From positions 5,812 to 69,811 of the forward strand of contig JANWLD010000001.1 in assembly GCA_025451045.1 (NCBI GenBank): DNA of 64,000 bases. Direction: 5' to 3'. Below the pieces are notes generated by a model, which saw only the letters and a list, made by a program, of their open reading frames with translations, was not told the origin of the DNA and did not search any database. Below, one piece after another: positions 1 through 7,891 of the stretch. This DNA is from Candidatus Saccharimonadales bacterium. GTDB lineage: Bacteria; Patescibacteriota; Saccharimonadia; Saccharimonadales; 2-12-FULL-41-12. Every line of letters begins with the position of its first letter. The stretch's first letter is position 1. The position numbers and the translations under genes are program-made.

Positions 1-184
1 CATGGTGTATCCTGGCGCCACCGTCCCGAGGAGCATTGTAATCATTGGAGTAAGTAGCCTTCCCTATCACCGGAAAAACAATAAAACGAGCCGCCTGAAC
101 CCGGATTGTCAGACTAACACTATCTACTACCAAGCAACCGATGAAAATTAACAGGAATAGGGTCGTTTTTATTGTTTTTGTCAT
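1..184 (-). CDS. M23/LytM-like peptidase, N-terminal fragment (gene continues beyond left edge)
   Basis: Edge-truncated, not in ORF track. Minus-strand ATG at 184-182. Translation is MTKTIKTTLFLLIFIGCLVVDS (signal/TM-like), then FPVIGKATYSNDYNAPRDGGARIHH, which resembles the segment leading into the HxxxD zinc motif of M23 peptidases. Confidence 0.4.
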   Translation of the reverse strand, partial: MTKTIKTTLFLLIFIGCLVVDSVSLTIRVQAARFIVFPVIGKATYSNDYNAPRDGGARIHH

Positions 185-214
185 GATTTTTTTGTTTTTG
201 CTATAAGCTTTTTT

Positions 215-223
215 ATTGTATCA
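215..223 (-). promoter_or_regulatory. extended -10 box TGATACAAT (candidate promoter of the edge gene)
   Basis: Minus-strand TGATACAAT about 30 nt upstream of ATG 184. Part of the recurring motif ATTRTGCTTATGATAYAAT, also at 18958-18980 and 36449-36475. Confidence 0.4.
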
Positions 224-236
224 TAAGCACAATCAG

Positions 237-265
237 TTGATAAAATTACGTCTTTGTTGTATTAT
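237..265 (+). promoter_or_regulatory. sigma70-like promoter TTGATA-17-TATTAT
   Basis: TTGATA 237-242, 17-nt spacer, TATTAT 260-265. Only 8 nt precede ATG 274 and there is no Shine-Dalgarno, so the transcript may be nearly leaderless. Confidence 0.4.
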
Positions 266-273
266 ATATTAAT

Positions 274-714
274 ATGAACAATCCAGATACTCCTGGGATT
301 CCCTCGGCGGAGTCAAAATCAGACAAACAGCAGTTCAATTTTAGGGTTAGCGAAGACCAGTATGAAACGTTGAGAGCTTGGGGTTATATTGATGGTTTCG
401 GCCCTAAAAACGTAGGCAATCTATCAAAATTTCTGGTAGAAGAAGCTCTGTCGGAGCCGGAAGAAGATCTGCTTGAGAGGATTCCTGCAGAAAGAGTAAG
501 TGATGAAAATCTGGAACACCAGGTCAATATAAGATTAGATAAGAAGCCTGCAAAATTCTTGGTCAGGCTAGCGGCACAGCAAACTTTAAAGGCCGAACGC
601 ACAATAATTCCTACGCAAATAATCCGGCATATAGTTTTGGGATCTATGGAAGAAGCTGTAGCTAACACGCCTCAGATTCTCCAAGCCAAAAAAGCCGCCA
701 AAGAAAACGGTTAA
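274..714 (+). CDS. hypothetical protein, possible tandem ribbon-helix-helix-like DNA binder
   Basis: 146-aa ORF. Two internal strand+helix repeats (FNFRVSEDQYETLRAW; VNIRLDKKPAKFLVRLAAQ) are reminiscent of RHH folds. No family recognised with certainty. Confidence 0.5.
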   Translation: MNNPDTPGIPSAESKSDKQQFNFRVSEDQYETLRAWGYIDGFGPKNVGNLSKFLVEEALSEPEEDLLERIPAERVSDENLEHQVNIRLDKKPAKFLVRLAAQQTLKAERTIIPTQIIRHIVLGSMEEAVANTPQILQAKKAAKENG

Positions 715-723
715 AATATATCT

Positions 724-969
724 ATGGCCGAGAAATCGCCGAAGGATAATGAAGGAGTAGCTGAAAGAGGAAGTAGGTTCTTTAGGAACCTAAATGCTGT
801 TGGCGCTGTTGCCCTATTCGGTGTCGGCATCGCCGTACCAGCCGGAGCGGTAGCTTTCAACACTCTGGCCGCCATCAATGCGGTTCAGGCCGGCGGATTT
901 GAAGCGGCCCGGCGTCATTTTCAGAAAAAACGCCAACAAAAAGCTATTTTCAAGCCAAAAAAGAGTTAA
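724..969 (+). CDS. small membrane protein, hypothetical
   Basis: 81-aa ORF 10 nt after the previous stop. Central hydrophobic stretch AVGAVALFGVGIAVPAGAVAF, basic C-terminus. Confidence 0.4.
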   Translation: MAEKSPKDNEGVAERGSRFFRNLNAVGAVALFGVGIAVPAGAVAFNTLAAINAVQAGGFEAARRHFQKKRQQKAIFKPKKS

Positions 970-1047
970 AGATTGTATTTGCATAAGCATTATTAAATAA
1001 ATTCGGCAAAAATATACCATAAATGACATGTGAAGTATAATTAAGCC

Positions 1048-1602
1048 GTGATTTTAGTCATCGATAACTACGATTCATTTACTTATAACCTCGTCCAGCA
1101 GATTGAAGCGCTAGGCAAGGCCTGTGAAGTTCATTTTAATGACAAAATCACGGTGGCCGATATAAACCGGATGAATCCTGAGAAAATAATCATTTCCCCC
1201 GGCCCCGGCACCCCTGATGATGCCGGCGTTTCAAACGAAGTTATTAAAAAGTTTTATAAATCCACACCAATACTTGGTGTCTGTCTGGGGCACCAGTGTA
1301 TTGGTGTAGTTTTCGGCGCGAAATTGGCCCATGCCAAAACCGTAATGCACGGCAAGACTTCGACTATAAGCCATGATTCTGATGGAATCTTTAAAAATAC
1401 CAGCCGGAAAATAATAGCCGCCCGATACCACTCACTGGCTTTAGAGCAAATAAAAAGCCCGCTTAAAATAACTGCACGGGCTGAAGACGATACGGTTATG
1501 GCCTTGCAACATGAGGACTTCCCTGTTTACGGAGTTCAATTTCACCCTGAATCATTCTTAACAAAAGACGGCCAAACGATGGTAAGAAACTTTTTGCAAT
1601 GA
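1048..1602 (+). CDS. pabA: glutamine amidotransferase component II of aminodeoxychorismate/anthranilate synthase
   Basis: 184 aa. Class-I GATase motifs GPGTPDDAG, LGVCLGHQCIG (Cys nucleophile), VQFHPES. GTG start, ATGA overlap with the downstream chorismate-binding gene. PabA and TrpG cannot be separated by eye. Confidence 0.85.
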   Translation: MILVIDNYDSFTYNLVQQIEALGKACEVHFNDKITVADINRMNPEKIIISPGPGTPDDAGVSNEVIKKFYKSTPILGVCLGHQCIGVVFGAKLAHAKTVMHGKTSTISHDSDGIFKNTSRKIIAARYHSLALEQIKSPLKITARAEDDTVMALQHEDFPVYGVQFHPESFLTKDGQTMVRNFLQ

Positions 1603-2840
1603 AAAAAGTTGTTAATGTCACATCAGATTTTGAAGCCTTATTGCTTCATCTTGGACCTAAGGCCAAGAATGTCTGCCTGCTGGGCAGCAGCTGGACGGAA
1701 AAATTAGCTTGGAACCCAGTAAAGTGCCTTATCATCAATAACGCAGAAGCTTTCAATGAGGTAAAGCTTCATCAGTTTATCTTAGATGCCCAGAATAAGA
1801 AGCATTTGGTTACCGGGTTTTTAAGCTACGAACTGGGACATATACTGCATGGACTGCCAAGAAACAAAAAACAGGGCTCAAAGCTACCTTTGGCAGTCTT
1901 CCTCGCTTATGACAATTATCTGGAAAAAGCCGGCAATAAAATTTACGCTCATTTTGAAAGAGATGATTTTTTGGAAGAACTCAAAAAATTAGATAAATCT
2001 TCACCAAGCAAGCCCGGCCAACAGCCACAACTATCTTATAAAACACTCTGGGACAAAGAATCATACAACAAGGCTTTTTCCAAAATTAAGAATTATATCT
2101 ATGACGGAGTAATCTATCAGATTAACCTGACCCAGGAAATGCAAGCATCTTATAGCGGTGATCCGCGGACTTTGTTCGCCGAACTGTCAGCGGGAAACAC
2201 CGCTAAAATGAAAACTTACTTTGAGGCAGAAGATTTCGAGCTTTTAAGCTTTTCTCCCGAACGGTTTGTGCGAACACAAAGCAGAACTATAGAAACAACT
2301 CCGATAAAAGGTACCCGACCGCGCGGTGAAAATAAAATTCAAGACAAGAAAAACGAGCAGGATTTGCTGGATGATGACAAAGAAAAAGCCGAGCTGAACA
2401 TGATAACCGATTTGTTACGCAACGATTTGGGCAAAGTTTGCGCCGTCGGCAGCGTTAAGCTAAAAAGCCAGCGCCAAATCGAAAGATTAACCTCGGTAAT
2501 TCACACTTTCTCGCACATAGAAGGCCGACTCAAGCCGGAAATTACGCCATTTACCGCCTTGCTGTCGATGTTCCCCGGCGGTTCGATTACTGGCTGTCCA
2601 AAACGAAAAGCTATGGAGATAATCGACGAACTGGAAATGTCAGCCCGCGGTGCCTACTGCGGCAGCATGGTTACTATCGACAGATACGGCAACCTTGATT
2701 CCAACATTCTCATCCGCACCGTCATTAAAAGCGGCGAGCGGCTGTCTTTGTCAACCGGCAGCGGCATAGTATATGACTCGGCTCGGGAAAAAGAGTACCA
2801 AGAGACCTTGGATAAGGTCAGGCCAATTATTCAAGCTTAA
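1599..2840 (+). CDS. pabB: aminodeoxychorismate synthase component I-like chorismate-binding enzyme
   Basis: 413 aa. Motifs SPERFV, FPGGSITGCPK, ARGAYCGS, ILIRT typical of chorismate-utilising enzymes. Could alternatively be anthranilate synthase I. Confidence 0.8.
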   Translation: MKKVVNVTSDFEALLLHLGPKAKNVCLLGSSWTEKLAWNPVKCLIINNAEAFNEVKLHQFILDAQNKKHLVTGFLSYELGHILHGLPRNKKQGSKLPLAVFLAYDNYLEKAGNKIYAHFERDDFLEELKKLDKSSPSKPGQQPQLSYKTLWDKESYNKAFSKIKNYIYDGVIYQINLTQEMQASYSGDPRTLFAELSAGNTAKMKTYFEAEDFELLSFSPERFVRTQSRTIETTPIKGTRPRGENKIQDKKNEQDLLDDDKEKAELNMITDLLRNDLGKVCAVGSVKLKSQRQIERLTSVIHTFSHIEGRLKPEITPFTALLSMFPGGSITGCPKRKAMEIIDELEMSARGAYCGSMVTIDRYGNLDSNILIRTVIKSGERLSLSTGSGIVYDSAREKEYQETLDKVRPIIQA

Positions 2841-3913
2841 AAACTGACGTAGGTTCGGGCTTTTTTCTGGTCTTTTATCGGTCCAAGGTAATCATTTATG
2901 TCTTTGAAGTTGAAAATGATATGCGCGGCTTTTATACTGCCGTCTTTTTGGGATAGATTTTTGACTATTTCCAGCCCGTAGCCGACATTAATAATGCCAG
3001 AGGTCTGGCCGGGTTTCAGTTTAAACAGCGCGTCTACTGTCGCCGGGGAGATATCGCGGTTGTTTTTGTTGATATTAAAGCCGAACTCACCGCCGGAATT
3101 TTTGGTCGAGGGGTCTTCGGAGACTTTTTTAGCAACGACCGCGAAATCTTTGCCACTGTTAATGTCGGCCAGCGCTTTTTGAGCCTTGTCAGTCGCCTCG
3201 CTATCTAATGCGGCTTTGACTTTCTCTTCCAGAATTTGCTGTTTCAAACTTCGTTTGAAGTCATTGACCGACCAGTTCCAAAATTCACGCAGCACGTCCT
3301 GAAATTCCTTGTCAGAACTGCCTATCCGGTTTTGGCTTTTTATCAGGGTAATTCGGTCATTTACTTCTTTGTCGGAAACGTTGATACCCTTTTCACTGGC
3401 TATTTCTTTGACGTAGGCATCATTAATAACTTGTTGCACGGCGCGTTTTTTAAACTGTTCCAGCTGGCGTTTGCCTGACTCGCTATTAAAATCAACGCTC
3501 TGCTGTGTCCGGTAGTAATGTTCATAGTGGTTAATCTCAAAAAGATAACTCTCGTATGAAACGAAGTCCGAGCCGATTCTTGCCAACGGAAATGGAATGA
3601 CTTTAGCCACCTGATAAAGAAAGGGGGAGGAAGTTTTAACCCTATAAAGAGCTGCCGTGCAATAAACAAAAAAACCAACAATAGCGGCAATGGCTATTAT
3701 CAAGGATATTTTGACCAGCCGGTGTTTGGGTTGTCGCAGAGGATATTTGTATTTACGCGCGCTATCCAGCACTTCTTCGCGGTGATCGGCCAGATTTTCA
3801 TTGGTAATCCGGTTATCCAACGGTGTTTTATCGGCGGGTTTGCGGTTTATTTTGAGTTTGTTTAAGACTTTTTTATGCTTCTTCATTTTTCCCTTCGTCA
3901 TCATCCGCCTCAC
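2837..3913 (-). CDS. membrane-anchored parvulin-type peptidyl-prolyl isomerase (PrsA/SurA-like)
   Basis: 358 aa. N-terminal TM anchor LIIAIAAIVGFFVYC, helical SurA-N-like region, C-terminal PpiC motif SGGEFGF...GYGLEIVK. Stop codons of this gene and pabB share the palindrome TTAA at 2837-2840. Confidence 0.75.
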   Translation of the reverse strand: MRRMMTKGKMKKHKKVLNKLKINRKPADKTPLDNRITNENLADHREEVLDSARKYKYPLRQPKHRLVKISLIIAIAAIVGFFVYCTAALYRVKTSSPFLYQVAKVIPFPLARIGSDFVSYESYLFEINHYEHYYRTQQSVDFNSESGKRQLEQFKKRAVQQVINDAYVKEIASEKGINVSDKEVNDRITLIKSQNRIGSSDKEFQDVLREFWNWSVNDFKRSLKQQILEEKVKAALDSEATDKAQKALADINSGKDFAVVAKKVSEDPSTKNSGGEFGFNINKNNRDISPATVDALFKLKPGQTSGIINVGYGLEIVKNLSQKDGSIKAAHIIFNFKDINDYLGPIKDQKKARTYVSF

Positions 3914-4427
3914 GCGATTGCGGCGGCGGGTTTGTTACGATTCCTTTGTCCCTTAGTACTTTTAGTATCTTTTGCTGAATCTTTTCAGGATGGTGCACTT
4001 CATGAATCACCAAATCACCTACGAAAGTCTGCATCATTATTGTACCAAATCCAAGCACAGTCTGATTGAAGCCGGCGACTTCATAATTAACCATCTGTAC
4101 TTGGTTCAAACCGATATCAACAACGCTTCTGGTCCATAGGCCTTTTTGGGTAATCTGGAGCAAGCGCTGGTCGGTAACAATATAGATACTAAAATACCAG
4201 CTAATGTATGAAGGTATAAAAAACAGCAGGCCAATCACCATACCGATTAGCAGACCGCCAAACAGATAGCTGTACTCGGGTTTGATAAGCGACGGGACAG
4301 TTCCTAAAAGTAATGCTATCAGGCCAATGAGCAAGCCTTTGCGCATAACAATCGGGTGCTTTCTAAAGACAAATAGCAGTTCTTCGTCTTCTAACTGGTC
4401 AGGAAAATGTTTATCTTTACTAGACAT
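3873..4427 (-). CDS. membrane protein with bacterial PH-like (YdbS/YdbT-type) domain
   Basis: The ORF track starts at TTG 4457; ATG 4427 (MSSKDKHF) is preferred. Two TM helices, then a PH-like pattern (YIVTDQRLL...), acidic tail. Confidence 0.5.
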   Translation of the reverse strand: MSSKDKHFPDQLEDEELLFVFRKHPIVMRKGLLIGLIALLLGTVPSLIKPEYSYLFGGLLIGMVIGLLFFIPSYISWYFSIYIVTDQRLLQITQKGLWTRSVVDIGLNQVQMVNYEVAGFNQTVLGFGTIMMQTFVGDLVIHEVHHPEKIQQKILKVLRDKGIVTNPPPQSREADDDEGKNEEA

Positions 4428-4475
4428 ATACAAACAGTTTACTCTAGTGGCTTTCAACCGTAAATAACTAGGGGT

Positions 4476-4569
4476 CCCCGCAAAATGAGGAATATTTTGC
4501 GGGGTGAGGAGAAACGACGCTAGACCCCGCTAAATTTTGGCCACTGGATTGTTAAAATTCAAGCGGGGT
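4476..4569. other. two tandem GC-clamped stem-loops sharing CCCCGC/GCGGGG
   Basis: Hairpin 1 is 4476-4504: CCCCGCAAAAT / ATTTTGCGGGG, 11 bp, 7-nt loop. Hairpin 2 is 4524-4569: ACCCCGCT/AGCGGGGT plus a 6-bp AT extension, 15-nt loop. No U-tract on either strand. Confidence 0.6.
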
Positions 4570-4586
4570 TGAAGTTAGTTTTGACG

Positions 4587-4661
4587 TGGCGCCCTTGTCT
4601 GGACTCGAACCAGAATCTAATCCTTAGGAGGGACTTGTTCTATCCGTTGAACTACAAGGGC
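4587..4661 (-). tRNA. tRNA-Arg (anticodon CCT)
   Basis: 75-nt cloverleaf: acceptor GCCCTTG/CAAGGGC, D stem GTTC/GAAC, anticodon stem AGTCC/GGATT with loop CTCCTAA, T stem TCTGG/CCAGA with loop TTCGAGT, discriminator G, encoded CCA. Confidence 0.9.
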
Positions 4662-4686
4662 ACATGGCATTACTAGCCTAATAATG

Positions 4687-5151
4687 CTAGTTCCGCTCGC
4701 TAGATTCGTAAATATGCCTGTATTCGGATTTGTCATATTCAAACAGCTCACTAGCATCAAAGAACATCTTCACCTCTTCTTTGCCGCGTTGTTTACTGTC
4801 AGAAGCGTGTATCAGGTTGCGGCCGGTACCGATGGCCATATCGCCCCTGATAGTCCCGGCTTCAGCTTCGCGCGGGTTAGTCGCGCCAACGATGATTCGG
4901 ACTGAATTCACGCACTCAAAGCCTTCCCACGCCATTACTACCACTGGTGAGCTCTTCATGAACTCTTCCAAACCAGTGTAAAAGTCTTTTTCAAGGTGTT
5001 CTTTGTAATGTTCCTGCAACAGCTCGCTTGATAAGCTCAGCATTTTTATACCGATGAGCTTCAGCCCTTTTTGTTCCAACCTTCGGATAATTTCACCAAC
5101 TAGTCCTCTCTGCAGAGCGTCGGGCTTGGCGATAATCAATGTTTTTTCCAA
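4687..5151 (-). CDS. ndk: nucleoside diphosphate kinase
   Basis: 154 aa. IIAKPDA and active-site NLIHASDS motifs. TTG start preceded by AAGGA. Confidence 0.9.
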   Translation of the reverse strand: MEKTLIIAKPDALQRGLVGEIIRRLEQKGLKLIGIKMLSLSSELLQEHYKEHLEKDFYTGLEEFMKSSPVVVMAWEGFECVNSVRIIVGATNPREAEAGTIRGDMAIGTGRNLIHASDSKQRGKEEVKMFFDASELFEYDKSEYRHIYESSERN

Positions 5152-5210
5152 ATTTATTTTCCTTGTTTAATTACTGGCAATAATTATAACAGATACAAAA
5201 AAGCGCATGA

Positions 5211-5238
5211 GGTATGATGTATTAGGTATAAGGCAAAA
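5211..5238. repeat. heptad array, GGTA flavour
   Basis: GGTATGA TGTATTA GGTATAA GGCAAAA, in phase, directly upstream of xerC ATG 5241. Confidence 0.6.
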
Positions 5239-5240
5239 AT

Positions 5241-6158
5241 ATGAAGTTTACAAAATTAAAAACGGATTTTTTAGAATATCTGGAAATCGAACAGAACCGT
5301 TCGCAAAACACGATTGCTAACTATGACCACTATCTAACGCGATTAAGTGACTTTGCCGGCGATATCAGCGTATCTGACATTAATGAAGAACTGGTACGCA
5401 AATGGCGGCTGTGGTTGAATCGGCTGGGTACAAACACGTCTGACGAACTACAGAAAACCACTCAAAATTATCACTTGATTGCACTGCGAAGCTTTTTAAA
5501 ATTTTGTGCCAAAAGAGGCATTGACGCTTTAGCGGCGGATAAGATAGAGCTGTCCCGGACCAAAAGAAGCCAGGTTACTTTCCTAAATGAGGCAGAAATG
5601 GAGCGTTTGCTCGGCGAGCCGGACACTACTAAAGAAAGCGGCCTGCGCGACAGGGCAATACTGGAATTGCTTTACTCCAGCGGACTAAGGGTTTCCGAGT
5701 TAGTTGCGCTTAATAAAGACCATATAAATTTAGCTCGCCGGGAATTCATGGTAAGAGGTAAGGGCCAAAAAGACCGGCCGATATTCGTAAGCCCTGAAGC
5801 TACCAACTGGATAGAAAAATATCTTGAAAGACGCACTGATAATTCTACGCCTTTATTTATAAGGCTGGGCGGCAGCAAGAATATTGACCGATCCGGCAAC
5901 CATCTGCGTTTGACGGCCAGAAGCATTCAAAGAATGGTGGCAAGGTATGCCCTTTTAGCCGGTATTACCAAGCATGTCAGCCCGCACACTCTCAGGCATA
6001 GTTTCGCTACGGATCTATTGATGAACGGCGCGGATTTGCGCTCAGTCCAGGCAATGCTCGGCCATAGCAATATCTCGACAACCCAGATTTACACCCACGT
6101 CACCGATCCGCATCTTAAAAATGTCCATGAAAAGTTCCACAGGCGCAAAAATCAATAA
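5241..6158 (+). CDS. xerC: tyrosine site-specific recombinase XerC/XerD family
   Basis: 305 aa. N-terminal SAM-like domain and catalytic region LRHSFATDLL...GHSNISTTQIYTHV (R-H-R-Y set). Confidence 0.85.
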   Translation: MKFTKLKTDFLEYLEIEQNRSQNTIANYDHYLTRLSDFAGDISVSDINEELVRKWRLWLNRLGTNTSDELQKTTQNYHLIALRSFLKFCAKRGIDALAADKIELSRTKRSQVTFLNEAEMERLLGEPDTTKESGLRDRAILELLYSSGLRVSELVALNKDHINLARREFMVRGKGQKDRPIFVSPEATNWIEKYLERRTDNSTPLFIRLGGSKNIDRSGNHLRLTARSIQRMVARYALLAGITKHVSPHTLRHSFATDLLMNGADLRSVQAMLGHSNISTTQIYTHVTDPHLKNVHEKFHRRKNQ

Positions 6159-7226
6159 TTAATTACAGGCTGGGTCGGAAGTACTTTGGGCATCTGCGAA
6201 GCCCGAAGGGATAATTTGCAGTAATTTGCAAATAGCATCAGATGTCTGGATGGAAAATTCCGGATAAACCCCATTGCCGTATTGGTTCAAAGGAATCCTT
6301 ACCTGAAGACGTTTTAATATATCATTGGCCCTGCCGGTTGAATCTATCATCATCTGCCCGCCTTTAAAACTTATCGGGTCGCCGGCGGAATTAACGCCTG
6401 TAATTTCAACCTCATTATTCTTATAAACCGAACGCAGATGTAACAATAACTTACTGCGGTTTATGTTATCTATCTTTATAGTGCAAATACCACTGGCCGC
6501 ACTACACCCGCCGGTCCACTTTACGCCTTGCTTTGACGGACCGGTGATTCCATCCGTATAATGCTTGGTCGGTATTGCTGCCTGGCGGGGAGAAACAAAA
6601 GCCACGAAGTCTTTTTTTATCAAATCATCTCTTGTGGTCGCCGTTGGGTCAATCAGTTCGATTCTCAGCACGCCGGCATCACAATTATCAAGGCTCGGGG
6701 GGAAATTCGTTCCGGTGCAACCCGAAAAATCATAGGCTGTATTATTTGGCACTTTCCAGGTAAAGGTTAGGGTTGAGATAGGATTGCTGCTGTCATCTTC
6801 GAGCGGCATTAAAACCGAAGAGTCAACCCCTACGTCCGAGAAAATTATTGAATCCGGCGTAGCATCGTAAAGTACGCAGGAATATGAATTGACATCCTGG
6901 CCGACAATACTTGAATATCCGGGAAATTGGTTTCCGGTTTCAGCGCCGGTTATGCCGTTGCAGTTGGTTTTGCTTTCCGGGGCCCGATTAGCGGCTACTG
7001 GGTCGTTGGCGTACTTCGTATAGTAGTCTTTCGCGTCGTTTACGCCGGATTCAGCCGCATAAAACGCCTGGCTGTTAAGCTGCCTATCCAGCGCCTGCCT
7101 TTGTTCCCTGTTGGCATTTTTGGTCATAGATATGACGATTAAAGACAACAATGTCATTATCAGTATGACTATAACCATAGAGGCTATGCCCTTTTGGTTT
7201 TTGATTATTGTTTCTTTTTTCTGCAT
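6159..7226 (-). CDS. PilX-N-like pilus-associated protein (minor pilin/tip candidate)
   Basis: 355 aa. N-terminus KGIASMVIVILIMTLLSLIVISM followed by ...YAAESG, typical of PilX_N-type proteins. First (3'-most) gene of the minor-pilin run; Cys-rich C-terminal domain. Confidence 0.55.
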   Translation of the reverse strand: MQKKETIIKNQKGIASMVIVILIMTLLSLIVISMTKNANREQRQALDRQLNSQAFYAAESGVNDAKDYYTKYANDPVAANRAPESKTNCNGITGAETGNQFPGYSSIVGQDVNSYSCVLYDATPDSIIFSDVGVDSSVLMPLEDDSSNPISTLTFTWKVPNNTAYDFSGCTGTNFPPSLDNCDAGVLRIELIDPTATTRDDLIKKDFVAFVSPRQAAIPTKHYTDGITGPSKQGVKWTGGCSAASGICTIKIDNINRSKLLLHLRSVYKNNEVEITGVNSAGDPISFKGGQMMIDSTGRANDILKRLQVRIPLNQYGNGVYPEFSIQTSDAICKLLQIIPSGFADAQSTSDPACN

Positions 7227-7248
7227 TTTAAATAGTCAACACTTATGG

Positions 7249-7887
7249 TTATTCTACACGACCAGTTAGCGTAGTTTCAAGCTCTGACACCGCGCAGAAG
7301 CTGCTTCCTGCTATTCCAGATTTGCAAAGCGCGGCGGCGGGATCGACGCTAGGTAGTAGATTACCTCCGTTGTCATAAGTAGTAAGCAGGTCATTGTCGC
7401 CGTATGCAACCTTTATTTTGATATTAAAAGGATCAGCGTTGGAAACATCAAACCGCAACAAGCGCATATTTTGGCCCAGCATCTCAGAACCGCCTGTAAA
7501 ATCACCCGGGCTGCAACTGCTCTGTGAAGGACGTTTATCGCGGTACAAAGCCTGGTTGCTACCGCTAACCTGCTGGTTAAGAACATAAGTATACCTATCA
7601 GGGCCGAAACAACGGGTTTTTATAGTTGCTTCGCTTCCATCGGATTCTGTTAGGTAACTGTTGACCGAATCCGCCGTAGAAAATTGCAAAGAACGCGACA
7701 CATCCTCCATGACCGACCTAGCGGTCTCGTGTACGCGGTTGGAAGTCAGGCTTTTGTAATAAGCCCGTCCTATAGCTATTATCCCCGCACTGGCTACCAA
7801 AAGCACTACGCTGAAAACCACTGTAGTAATCATCAATTCAACGATAGTAAAGCCCTCTTTACTCGGTTTTTTTAAATTCAACTTCAT
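7249..7887 (-). CDS. type IV minor pilin (prepilin-type N-terminal cleavage/methylation domain)
   Basis: Leader MKLNLKKPSKEG|FTIVELMITTVVFSVVLL. ATG 7887 is preferred over the ORF-track start 7911, which overlaps the upstream gene by 20 nt. Confidence 0.7.
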   Translation of the reverse strand: MKLNLKKPSKEGFTIVELMITTVVFSVVLLVASAGIIAIGRAYYKSLTSNRVHETARSVMEDVSRSLQFSTADSVNSYLTESDGSEATIKTRCFGPDRYTYVLNQQVSGSNQALYRDKRPSQSSCSPGDFTGGSEMLGQNMRLLRFDVSNADPFNIKIKVAYGDNDLLTTYDNGGNLLPSVDPAAALCKSGIAGSSFCAVSELETTLTGRVE

Positions 7888-7891
7888 AGGC

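Noticed and set aside
1599-1602. Alternative genetic code (UGA recoding, as in some CPR lineages)
   Set aside because: TGA functions as a stop in several ATGA overlaps (pabA/pabB, phd/doc, doc/ychF, four-helix-bundle/pilB), and conserved proteins end at expected lengths. The code is standard.
4587-6158. tRNA-Arg next to a tyrosine recombinase as the edge of an integrated genomic island
   Set aside because: The recombinase has a XerC/D-type layout. ndk lies between it and the tRNA. The flanking genes are housekeeping or pilus genes. No duplicate of the tRNA 3' end was noticed. A computational repeat search is still advisable.
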